A stretch of DNA of 64,000 bases, from positions 496,001 to 560,000 of the forward strand of contig JBODTK010000001.1 in NCBI GenBank assembly GCA_050613775.1, given 5' to 3'. Below are positions 1 to 11,590 of the stretch, in pieces (positions within the stretch are counted from its first letter, which is position 1; the number at the start of each line of letters is the position of its first letter). The notes beneath the pieces were generated by a model, which made no database searches, had not been told where the DNA came from, and saw only the letters and a program-made list of their open reading frames with translations. The translations under genes and the position numbers were made by a program. This stretch comes from Neocallimastix sp. 'constans' (lineage: Eukaryota).

Positions 1-443
1 AATATTTAAAATATAGAATTTGCTTTACTTTTTTTTTTTAAAAAAAAAAAAAACAAAGAAAGTAAAACATTTTGTTTGCTTTATTTTTTAAAATAATTTA
101 TTTTATTTTTTTTTTTTTTCTTTTTAAAATATATATTTTAAATAATAATTAAATAAAAATAAAAAATTTATTAAAATGAAAATAAAAATTTGGTTTTAAT
201 AATTATAGTAACATAATAATTTAAAATATTGAATAACATATAACATATGTATTTTAATATTTTTAAAAATTTTAAAGTTAAATATATCATATTTTTAAAA
301 TATCTTAAAATACTTATATTTTATATATAAAATTTTTTGAAGACTTGTTTTAATTTTTTTTTATTAACATTATTTAATTTTTGTATATATATATATATTT
401 TTTTTAATTATTATTATTTAAATGTTAAAAACCACAAACAAGC

Positions 444-3400
444 ATGTTTAGTAAAACAATTATTAAGTAAGTATAATGTCTAGTAAAATTTTGTTTAATA
501 ATATAAATAAATTAAATATATACACATTATTTTTTCAAAAATAATTTATATTATTAAATAATGGATTAATTATTATATTAATTTAAATAATTTATATATT
601 ATTTAAATTTCAATATACTATTTAAGACTTTTTGGACTGCAAATTCTTGGCAATAATACACTTTCACCTTCGTCTGAACAAAGTAATTCTTAATTTATTT
701 TGATAAAAATAAAAATAAAAAAAAAAATTTTTTTTTATAAATAAATATTTCTATTTCTACAATATTATAATAATATTATAATTTTTTTTTTTTTTTTTTT
801 TTTTTTTTACTCTATTTTAATTATATTATTTAGGGTGTGATGTTATTTCTGGAACTAATTGTAAATTACAAAAAAATTTTATAATAGTTTTTTTTTTTAA
901 AAAAATTTTTAAAAAAATATATTTGATTTACTTATAAAAATTTTTTTTTTAAAAATAATGATATTAGGTCTTCCAGATACGTATTATTTAGTAAATCCAA
1001 CAGATGTGAGCATTATTTATGATGATTACACAAATTATGGTAATCTTTATTTCTGTCATGAAGATAAAGCAGTCACTTGCTCAGAAATGACAAATGTAGG
1101 TTATTATATTGTCAATAAAGATATAATGTATACTTGTCAAAAAGGTTTGAATGGTAAACTTTGTAAAAAAGAAAAAGTAACACATACAAGTTGTACTCCC
1201 TCTAATATTGGTGAAGTTATTTTATCAAATTCTATAACAAATACGTTTTCTCTTTGTTTGGATTACGAATCTTATCGTGGAATTACTGTTGATTTAATTA
1301 CCGGTCAAACTGGTAATTATTTTGTTCACAAGAATAATGATCCTACTATAAATGTCTTTGGTATTAATGGTGTCAGTGAAGAATATGCTATTGTTAATGT
1401 AAAGGATAAAGTGGCTAATTTAAATTCTACCCATTTTAATAGAATAAATTATATTTTTTCATCTAAAGATAGTAATAAACTCATTGAAATGAATAATTCT
1501 CAATGCTTATTTAATGGAATAAACGAATTTGAAAATAACAAAAATAAAATCAATGAATATTTATGTATTCATGGTTATTGTAAAGATATCGATAATGAAA
1601 TAGAATTACCTCCAGTAAATGTTGATATTAATATAGTTAAATTTAATATTGAAGGAAAAATAGTTGAAGGAGGAAGTACCGGTATAGATATAAATTACGT
1701 ATCTAATGAAGATAAAATTAAAATGATGTATTGTAATGAACAAATTATTTGTCAACAAACTGTTGGTTACTTTTATACCGGCTATAAATATAAAAAACTT
1801 GGTTTTGATGGTATTACTGATGTAGATAAATTTAATGAATCAGAAATAGATTGTAATGACAACATAGGTCTGGTCTATTATAATAAAACAGACTATAATA
1901 TTTGTATTGACAATGGTACCAAGGTAAAGATTACAAAACCTATCGTAAAAAAATATATTCTTGGAAAAGGTAAAGCTGGTGGTGTATTCCAAGGTACTGA
2001 AGTTTCCAATAAAATTATTGAATTGACTACAAATTATATTACCATAAAATACAATCCAAAAGGTATTGAAAGAAAAAATAAAAGATTGAAAGAATTAATA
2101 GTTGATATATATTTATATATATATATATATATAAATTTTTTTTTTTAAAACACAATTTATTGATAAATATATATGGATATACATGAATATATATTGTAAA
2201 TTATTATAGCTAATGACAAGGTTTATTTTGTTGGAATGTGGTACGAATTTCTCAATGAAGAAGGTACTTATAACACAGGTGATGAATATGTGAATTATAT
2301 TCGTATAGGTCAGGCTATTAATTTCAATGATAATGGTAAAGGCTATTTCGTCACTTTATTATTTGAAAATGAAGGAGATGAACCTATAGAAGTTCTTGGT
2401 GGCAAAGATTTTGGACCTTTTACCTATACCGCAACAGCTAATGGTGACATAGATTTCAAATTTGGTGGTAATACGAAATATTCCAATTATTACAAAACTT
2501 TCACTTTGAATTACGAAGACGGCTGCATATTTATGAAAAATGATGAGAATAATTTTAAACTCTCACGTTCTCCTGACGAAATAACTGAAATGATTCAACT
2601 TTGGGATTCTGTTGTAAATGGAAACGATTATAATATTAATAACAAGAAATTCAGACGTAATAATTGGCGAGATCAAGAGTATATTTATATTTATGACGGT
2701 AAAGGAAGTGAGACCGATAAAATGGGAAGATCTGGTTACAAAAGGGAGATGTTACCTTGGAGTGCTGATAAACAAACCAATTTGCCCTCTGATTTTTGTA
2801 ATGATATCACTCCTGAAAATGGATGGGAGTTGGCAATCAATCTATTCGGCGACCGTAATCATGAGAATAATAATTTCTTCGCTCTTTATAATAAGTACAC
2901 AGGAATTCTTCGATTCTTTTATTACATGCCCACTAATTTCCAAAGTGGTAATGATCATCATTGGGAAATAAGTATGACAGATAATATGGCTCATCACTCT
3001 CTCTGGAAATATGGTTTGACCAGTGACAAAACAGTTCAAAAAGCATATAAAAAATTACTTAATCAGAACTCTAATAAAGAATTTGTACTTCGTGTTACTC
3101 CATATTATCGTGATTTGTCAAATGATGGTATTATCAAACCCAATTCGGGATGGTGGGCCTTCGATGTAGACCTCTCAATTTATCGTCCTGGAGCTGACTT
3201 CTCTAATGATGAAATCCTTCTTAAAATGAATTCCTGGAATACCCAACATGAATCTTTTACAAGATTTATCATTGGTACCACTAATTACGATAAGATTAAA
3301 AGCTCGATTAGTGTTAACTCTGCCAATGGCTTATGTACTAATGTCAATAGTGTTTTTGAATTTGGAAGTGACTTTTTTGATTCTTTAGAATCATTTCTAG

Positions 3401-4824
3401 AAATTTTTGATAATAAAAAAGAGAAAAAAAGGCAACTTGTAATTGCTACTGCCATTTCTTATATAACTTTTGCTATGTCTGTTTCCAAAGGAGCTTTTTC
3501 CTTATATCAAGAATTAACTGAAGATGAAGATGAAAATGAAAATGACTTAGAAGGCAATATTATTTTCGGTTTAACGGATAACATCGACACCCAAAAAGTC
3601 ATACAAATGAGTACTATCAATAATAATATTTACACACCTAACTTCAAAATGGAAGAAAAGAAAATTTACTATCCCATCTATGGTGTATGGAATTTGGAGA
3701 AACCTCCTGTAGTTTATAGGTCAAAATTTTCTTTTGATAGATTAACCAAAAAAGATAAATGGTACACAAAAGAAAAAAAATCTATTGTTAATCCTTACTT
3801 CTTTGATCCTAGTAGTATCAAAGTACAATTGAATCCTGATGTTTTTCCTGAAGATCAAATTGAATGGATGGAAATAGATTCAATCTGTAAAGCGAATTTT
3901 ACCATGCAAACAGAGGATAATAATCAACTTCGATATTTCTATGGTCTTAATTCAATAAATACTGACGAGACATTTGAAATTATTGAATCTGATGATGTTT
4001 TTAATTTTACTGATCCACTGTTTGACTTTTTATATGAATTTGATAATAAAATGGGTATGATAAATGACTATCAAGAAGAATTAGGCGAATCAATATTAAA
4101 AGGAAGAGGAAAAGAGAAATCATGGATTGAACCAATGATTTTGGATAAGAAATCAATAAAAATACCTCTTCTTGAGGTTAATGTGTATATACGTTTCAAA
4201 ATGAAAAATTCTAAAAGAATCTTCCACTACAATCGAAACTACTTACCAGAATACAAATTTTACAATCCATATGATTTCTTCGAATCCTCTGAAAGTCGGA
4301 AATCTTACATTAAAAATACAAAACTTTATGACTATCAAATGAAACGTATCTCTGATATATGTTCTTTATATAATTTAGGTATATTCAGTCCTGGTCGAAA
4401 ATATATGATACCTATTAAAGGTTCTGGAAACTCAGAAAGAGAAGGTTACTACTTCCTAGTTGATGGTAACCCTAAAACAAAGTGGAGTACAGATGAAATG
4501 AAAGATGGAGTATATTTTGTAGAATTTAAGGCACTTAAGCCTATTATCCCACAAGCCTATCGTTTAACTACATCCTATGATATCAAGAAAAATCCCAAAA
4601 GAATTCCGAAGAGTTGGAAGCTAATGGCTAAAGTCAACAATAATGATATGTGGACCACTATTTCTACAGTAACGGACGACAATTCCTTACCTACTGAAAA
4701 TACAAATACTATAGTATATGATCTTGACATCAAAGGGGGTAAATATGAATATTTCAGATTTGAAGTTAGCAAAGTAAATGGCGATCAAAGAGTTGAACTT
4801 GGATATATAGAATTGGATGAATAA
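444..4824 (+). CDS. Chimeric protein (~1271 aa): scaffoldin-like Cys-rich N-terminal region, Bacteroidetes-like middle region, C-terminal F5/8 type C (discoidin/CBM32-like) domain
   Basis: Hand-spliced exons 444-466, 627-682, 834-860, 968-2062 and 2210-4824. All introns are GT-AG, phases match and the total of 3816 nt is divisible by 3, which joins track ORFs 958..2148 and 2236..4824. Exon 4 has scaffoldin-type motifs (GYYIVNKDIMYTC, SCTPSNIGEVI, YLCIHGYC, YCNEQIICQQTVGYF). Exon 5 has LPWS..TNLP..DITPENGWEL..LYNKYTGILRFFYY and ends LVDGNPKTKWS..PKSWKL..YEYFRFEV. Family labels are from motif recall, not a search. Confidence 0.8.
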
Positions 4825-5168
4825 TAAAAATTAATTATAATTTATTAAATTCAAATATAAAATATTTATATTTTTGGTGCCTGCAAACCTTTTAATTTTT
4901 TTTTTTTCTTAGTTTTTAGTTTTTTTCTAGCATTAGTAATTTATTCATATTTATTATGAAAGTTATCTGCATTAATATAAAATTTAATATAAACAATAAT
5001 AATAATAGAAAATAATAATTTTTTATATTAAATAACTATCATAATTTATGAATAGTAAATAAAAATAAATGAAATAATGTATAAATAATCATTGTAATAT
5101 TACATAATTATTAAAAAAAGAAAAAATTTTAATTTAATATAATAATATTTATATAATATTTTTTTTTT

Positions 5169-5199
<31 letters not shown>

Positions 5200-6470
5200 T
5201 AATAATAAAAATTTTAATTATATCTACAATATATTTTTATAATAAATATTCTTATAATATTTTTTTATTAATATATTTTTTATTTTTACAATATATCTTT
5301 TATTAATGAATTTTATTATGGATATTCAGCCTTTAAAATAATTTATCTTTATTTTTATTTTTATTAACCAATGCTATAACAAATATTTTAAATATTATAA
5401 TAAATATTATATTAATATCCTTAATTAATATTTTATTAATTTCCTAATTTTACTTTATTAAATACTATATAAAGTCAAGTTCAATAATAATAATTATTTT
5501 AATATCTTTACTGTTTTAAGCATATTTTTCCTTTTTTTCTTTTTTTTTTTTTAATTTAATATTATTACTCCTAAAATAAATAATTAAAATAAAAAAAACT
5601 TTATAAGAATACTTTTTTAAATTATTATTACATATAATAAAAAAATAAATAATTAAAATATAAACATTCATTTTTTTTTTTTTTTTTATTCTAGTAACTT
5701 TATTTAATTGAATTGAATTTTTAATTTAAATATTTATATATATATATATATATATGTTTTTTTATTTCTATTATGTTATCAATTAATTAATTTACTATTT
5801 ATTCAAAATTTTTTTTCAAAAAATTTTTTTTAGTTATCATATTTAAAATAAAAATATTAAAAATAATATATAAATAGAATGGCTTTAAATATTTTATTTT
5901 GATTTGATATATTTTTTTTTCAACCTCTTCTTAATATTAATTATCAAAGTTAATTTTTTTGATAAATTTAATAGCTTTCAAATTTTTTGAACTTCAGACT
6001 TTTAAAAAAATTAGAAAAGTATTTTGTTCTTTTATACCATTTTTTTATTGTAACAATTACTACAATAATATAATATAATATATATTTTTTATAATAAAAA
6101 TATTTTTATGTATTAATATTATAAATTCTAAATAACAGTTCTATTATTAGTGTCAAAGTAAATATTTTTCTGATAATTAAAATTTATCAAAAAATAATAT
6201 TAATTAAAACTAATTAATGGTTAAGTTTAATAATATCTCTATTTCAGTAATAATTAATAATTCAATTTTTATTATTTTTAAAAAAGTTATTAACAAAATT
6301 AAATATTAACTTTTATCAATACTATACAATGAAATAGAAATTTACTGACATTTACAGTATTAAACTTTTAATTATAACGTTATTTAATATTTAAAAAAAT
6401 TTTTTTCCTTCTTTATTTTAAATTATCATCGGAATAGCTAATTTATTTATTATTGCTTAGAATTATGTAA

Positions 6471-6562
6471 TACGCTTTTTTCTCGGTGTGCCTCGACAGC
6501 TCCTAACTTCCCTTGGAATCAAGACCAGTATAGCCTAACCCAATGAGATACGTTCTAGCCCA
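6471..6562 (-). repeat. Dispersed GC-rich repeat family B, copy 1 (homologous to 40604-40694)
   Basis: The reverse complement shares cattgggttagg(c/t)tata ... gg(g/a)aagtta(g/a)ga(g/a)ctg ... ccgagaaaaa(a)gcgta with the + strand copy at 40604-40694. Confidence 0.75.
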
Positions 6563-7510
6563 TTTAGTAAATTTATAATAGTGAGAAAGATTGCTTTTAT
6601 AGAGTTTATCTTCATGTAACTTTTTATTTTTATTTTTTTTTTATTGTGTTTTTCTCAATTTCTTAATAAAATAAAGATTTATTTAACTTGATTTTTTAAC
6701 TTTATATTACTATTTAAGATTTATTAATCAAGAAATATTGGTTTATGTTTGCAATTACTCTTATTTTTTTTCCTTTTGATTGTTATTATTGATATTGCTG
6801 ATAACCTTTATAATTATTAATAATTATCAATTATAATCAGTTAATTATTTTATATAATTATATTTATTATTAAATTCGATTTTATAATTTTGATTTTTAA
6901 AATTTATTTTTAATAAAGTTCATTTTTTATATGTAGTACTTGTAAATATTTTTCAATACTCTTAATGTTATCATTAAAATTATTATTATTATTTTTTTTT
7001 TGCTTTACTTATAAATAATAATTCTTATTCTTTTTTAATATTTAAAATATATATACTATTAAAAAGGTCATTTTAAAAGATTAATTTAAACTTTATTATT
7101 TATTATTGTAATCTTTCAAATTTTACTTTAAAAAAAAAAAATGAAATTTATTAGTATATAAATTATAAATTTAAAGACTTTTGATATATAATATTTTATT
7201 TTTATTTTATAAATTTAATATAAAATCTTAAAAAATTAAAATTTTATATTAAATCTTAATCTATTTATTTCTATTTTATTATTTTTTTAACAGTTTTTTA
7301 GCTTTGGTATTTAGCACCAATTTGAAACGTATAAGATTTTTTTTCTGTTCAGTGTTTAAAAAAAAAAAAATTCTTATATTGCTTTTTTTTATTTTAAAGG
7401 TTATTAATATTATACTGAAGTTATACATTATCTTTAATAAAGTAAAAACTCTCTGATTATTTCGTTTCATAAATCATTTTTTTATTCAAATCAACATATT
7501 TTTGAAAAAT

Positions 7511-7553
<43 letters not shown>

Positions 7554-8115
7554 ATTATTATAATTGAACTTTTTTGAATATGCTAAAAAAAAAAAATATT
7601 TATTAAAGAATAATTTTTAAAATACTTACTTTATTTTTATTTTTATTTTTTTATTTTTATTTTTTTATAATAATAATTTTTATAATAATTATTAGTGAAG
7701 ATAAAAATAAATAAATATACTTTTTATTTGTTTTGTTTTTAATCTATTTTTACTATATTTAAAACAATAATTCTAAAATTTTTAAGTATAATTATTTTAA
7801 CAGAGTTGTGTTTATTACGTATTCCATTAAAGATGAAATTAAGCTGAAAAAGAAGTTAAGCTGAGGATGAAAATTTTTCAATTAGAAATATTTTAGATTA
7901 CAATATTTTTTTAATAAAATAAAAATGTTATTGTTAAACTTCTTCATTAAAATAAATATATTTTTTTTTCTTAACTAATTAATAAAAATTTTATATTGTT
8001 TTATTATTATTGTATATAATTAATAATTTTTTTTTTTTACTTATTTATTATTTTTATTAATGTATAATTTACAATAGAGAATAAATGGAAAAAATTTAAT
8101 ATTTATTTATTTATA

Positions 8116-8164
<49 letters not shown>

Positions 8165-8212
8165 TTATATTTATCATTATCTCTTTTAATATATATTGTT
8201 TTTATTTTTTAT

Positions 8213-8355
8213 TAGCGTTCATGAAAATTTTCTTCACTATGACTCACTTGTGCTCTTCCAGCTAAGTCGGCATCTAATTGGTCTTTAGTCCAGACAGCAA
8301 GGTCAGAGTCGTACTCTTGAGCTTCAACCACTGTTCTAAATCAACAGCAACATGT
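8213..8355. other. Isolated GC-rich island: orphan terminal exon (minus strand) or structured RNA
   Basis: The minus strand after tttag reads TVVEAQEYDSDLAVWTKDQLDADLAGRAQVSHSEENFHER*. The plus strand folds as a long hairpin (atgactc/gagtcgt, acttgtgct/agcaaggt, gctaag/tttagt). Confidence 0.35.
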
Positions 8356-9752
8356 AATAATTAAAATTATTTATTATTATATTTATTATATTTATAATTA
8401 TATTTATTATTATATTCATTATTATATTTATTATTATATTTATTATTTTTATTTTTTATTATTACTTATTTTTTTTCATAAATAAAATATATAAAAAATA
8501 ATTATTAAAATAAATATAGTTAAATTATTAAATATATTATTATCATATATATTTATTATTGATTAATTATTTTTATTTTATTTTTGTTTTATTATTATTA
8601 TTATTATTTTATTATTATTTTATTATTATTTTATTATTATTTTATTATTATTTTATTATTATTTTATTATTTATTATTTATTATTTATTATTTATTTATT
8701 ATTAATGCTTTTTTTTTAATATTTATTTAAAATACTATAATATTTATTAATTAATTAATAGTATAAGAGTAAATCAAATAAATTGTAAAATTTTATATAT
8801 AAAAATATTACATATTAAACATATTAAAGAATTCTATAAAAATCAATAATAAATTATACTATTCAATAATAATCAATCAATAATAATTATAATAATAATA
8901 TTCAATAATAATAACCAATAATCAATAATCAATAATCAATAATAATAGAACTAATATTAGAACTAATAATAGAAATAATATAATAATAATAAAGGATATA
9001 TTAGAAACATTAAATATTAAATATTAAATATTAAATAATAATTAATAATGCAAATACTCCTTATTTCTAAACTTTATTTAATTATTTAATTTAATAATTA
9101 AATGAAAATTTTATAAAAAAATATATATATATATTTTTTCATTATTTTAAAATCAAATACAAAGAAATTTCTTAAGTTTTAAAAACTTTTTTTTTTTATT
9201 TTTAATAATTAAAATTCAATAATTTTTTTGTTTATATAAAAAAAAAAATTTGATTATTATATAAGTTATTTAAATTTTTTATTATATAAAGAAAAATAAT
9301 AATAAATTATTATTATGAATGACTAGAATTGATTGCTTAAAAAAAATAATAATTTATTACTATTATTAAAAAAATTTATAAGGAGATTTTAAATATAAAA
9401 TTATATACTTTATATTTTTATTTTTGAGGGGTATAGAAAAAAAAGAAAAAATTTATACCATACTGATACAGTTTATTATATTATTTTCAATGATCACGCT
9501 TATATTCAATGAAATATAATATAATTAATAATATCAAAAAAAATATATATATATAATAAATAATTTTTTTTTTTTTTTTTACAAAAAAAAAATAAAATAT
9601 AAAAATATATATATTAATATAAATAATATTAAATAAAGAATAAAATAAAATACTATAAAATATAATAGTATTATATATTACAATAAATTTAGCAGAATTA
9701 TATTTATAAAAAAAATTTTTTTTAAAATATATAACACTGTTAATAAATAAAA

Positions 9753-10529
9753 ATGAAATTCCAATCTATTGTATTATTTTCTATCTATTTTTCTTTAGCT
9801 TATACCAAGGCCATTAGTACTGAAAATAAAATAATAAATGAAAAGGAAACCGAAACCATAACAAAAACTACCTCCTCAAGTCGTAAAGATATATTGATCA
9901 TTTCTAAAAGTGTTGTCATTCATCCTTCTTCAAACCCAAAACATGAAAAATTAGGTGATACTACTAAAATATTGGAAAATATTAACACTTTAACATCAAA
10001 TAACGATGATTTAAAGGAAAACTCTTTATCAGAACAAAAACAACAAAAAGAACAAGAACAACCAGAGGTACAAAAACAAATTACCTCAACTGAATTTACT
10101 ATTAAACCTACACCTACCAACACATCTACCAGCACATCTACTAATGCGTCTACTAATACATCTATTAATACGCCAATTAATATTTCTATTAATACTTCTA
10201 ATAATACTACTGTAATAAAAAATGATGAAATTTTACCTGTTAATACCATAAAACAAGAATATCATGAACAAGAAAGTGCTGTCGCTAATTCTAAAAATTG
10301 TGATACAGAACAATCTATTAATAATTTAGATATTAATGTAGAAGTTGATAAATCTGAAGATAATTCTATCCAAACGACTTCCAATTCTTCCTTCATTGCT
10401 TATGGCCTTGCTGGATCTGCAGTTGCTGTTTCTGCAGGTGTTTTGGTTTGGGTTAAACGATCAAAGATACAAAATTTTAAGGAATCAAATAAAATGGAAA
10501 TTATATATTCTGAACCTATGTATTTTTAA
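9753..10529 (+). CDS. Ser/Thr/Asn-rich single-pass type I membrane or cell-surface protein, 258 aa
   Basis: Signal peptide MKFQSIVLFSIYFSLAYTKA, low-complexity T/S/N stalk, hydrophobic segment FIAYGLAGSAVAVSAGVLVWV followed by KR and a short tail. Intronless ORF with coding-like composition. Confidence 0.85.
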   Translation: MKFQSIVLFSIYFSLAYTKAISTENKIINEKETETITKTTSSSRKDILIISKSVVIHPSSNPKHEKLGDTTKILENINTLTSNNDDLKENSLSEQKQQKEQEQPEVQKQITSTEFTIKPTPTNTSTSTSTNASTNTSINTPINISINTSNNTTVIKNDEILPVNTIKQEYHEQESAVANSKNCDTEQSINNLDINVEVDKSEDNSIQTTSNSSFIAYGLAGSAVAVSAGVLVWVKRSKIQNFKESNKMEIIYSEPMYF

Positions 10530-11039
10530 AAAACAAAAGCTACAACAAAAAAAATGTAAAACATACTATTAAGAAAAAAAAAGATATCATATAATTTATA
10601 GACATAATTTTTTTGGTACTATTATTTATATATATATATTATTTTCTTCTTTTTTTTTTTTTTTTTTTCAATAAAAAGAAAAAAAAAAATTAATTTATTT
10701 AATTTTTTAAATTTTAAATTAAGAAAAAAAAAAGTAATAATTTTTTCTTTACATATTTTTAAATATTTATTTTATGTTCTATGTAAATATATTTAAAAAA
10801 AATAATTATATAGACCCATCTATTAATTTATTCTAATTATTTATTTTAAAAATATTTGAATTTTTAATAATTCAATGTATATATTTAACTTTAAAAAAAA
10901 ATAAAATAAAATAAAATAAAATTATTTAATATTTTAAATTATTTTACAAGTATGTTAATATTTTAATATATTATAATTTTATAAAAAAAAATTATATATA
11001 AATTTTTCATATATATATATATATATATATTTTTTTTTT

Positions 11040-11590
11040 TTAGTTATTTTAGCTTTTGAATCGATCTTTTTTCTTTTTTCTTGAATTTTGATCACTTTTC
11101 CTATTTATTTCTCTTGTCTTTTCCTAAACTTCTTATTTATAAATATGATATTCTTTATATAAATAAAAAGATTAAATTTGGATGATTACAATTTAACAAT
11201 GTTTTATATTATTCAATATTATTTTATATTTTGTTTCATTTTTTTAAATATTTTAAATTACCTTTCTTATATTGTTATTTTTATAATTTAAAAGCATTAC
11301 TTGATTATTAATTTAATTTTAATAAAAATAGACTTTTTGTTTGGTTTTATAGATTATAAAAAGAGAAATCTATAAAAGAAAATAATTAAATAAAGTATTT
11401 TTGAATGTATGATAATATTTCATTTAATAATAAAATAATAATATAGATTAATTTAATTTTGGTAAATCATGATAATTTATATGTTGAGCTAATCTTTTGT
11501 ATATTGTAATTCTTTATTTTGAATCTTCAACAATAGGTTCAATAATTACATAGGTATCTTTCCATATTTCATCAAAATTTGTTATATAAA
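11040..11590 (-). pseudogene. Degenerate coding-like remnant of unknown family
   Basis: The minus strand reads ITNFDEIWKDTYVIIEPIVEDSK*RITIYKRLAQHINYHDLPKLN* and later KKFRKRQEK*IGKVIKIQEKRKKIDSKAK, with several in-frame TAA stops. Confidence 0.3.
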
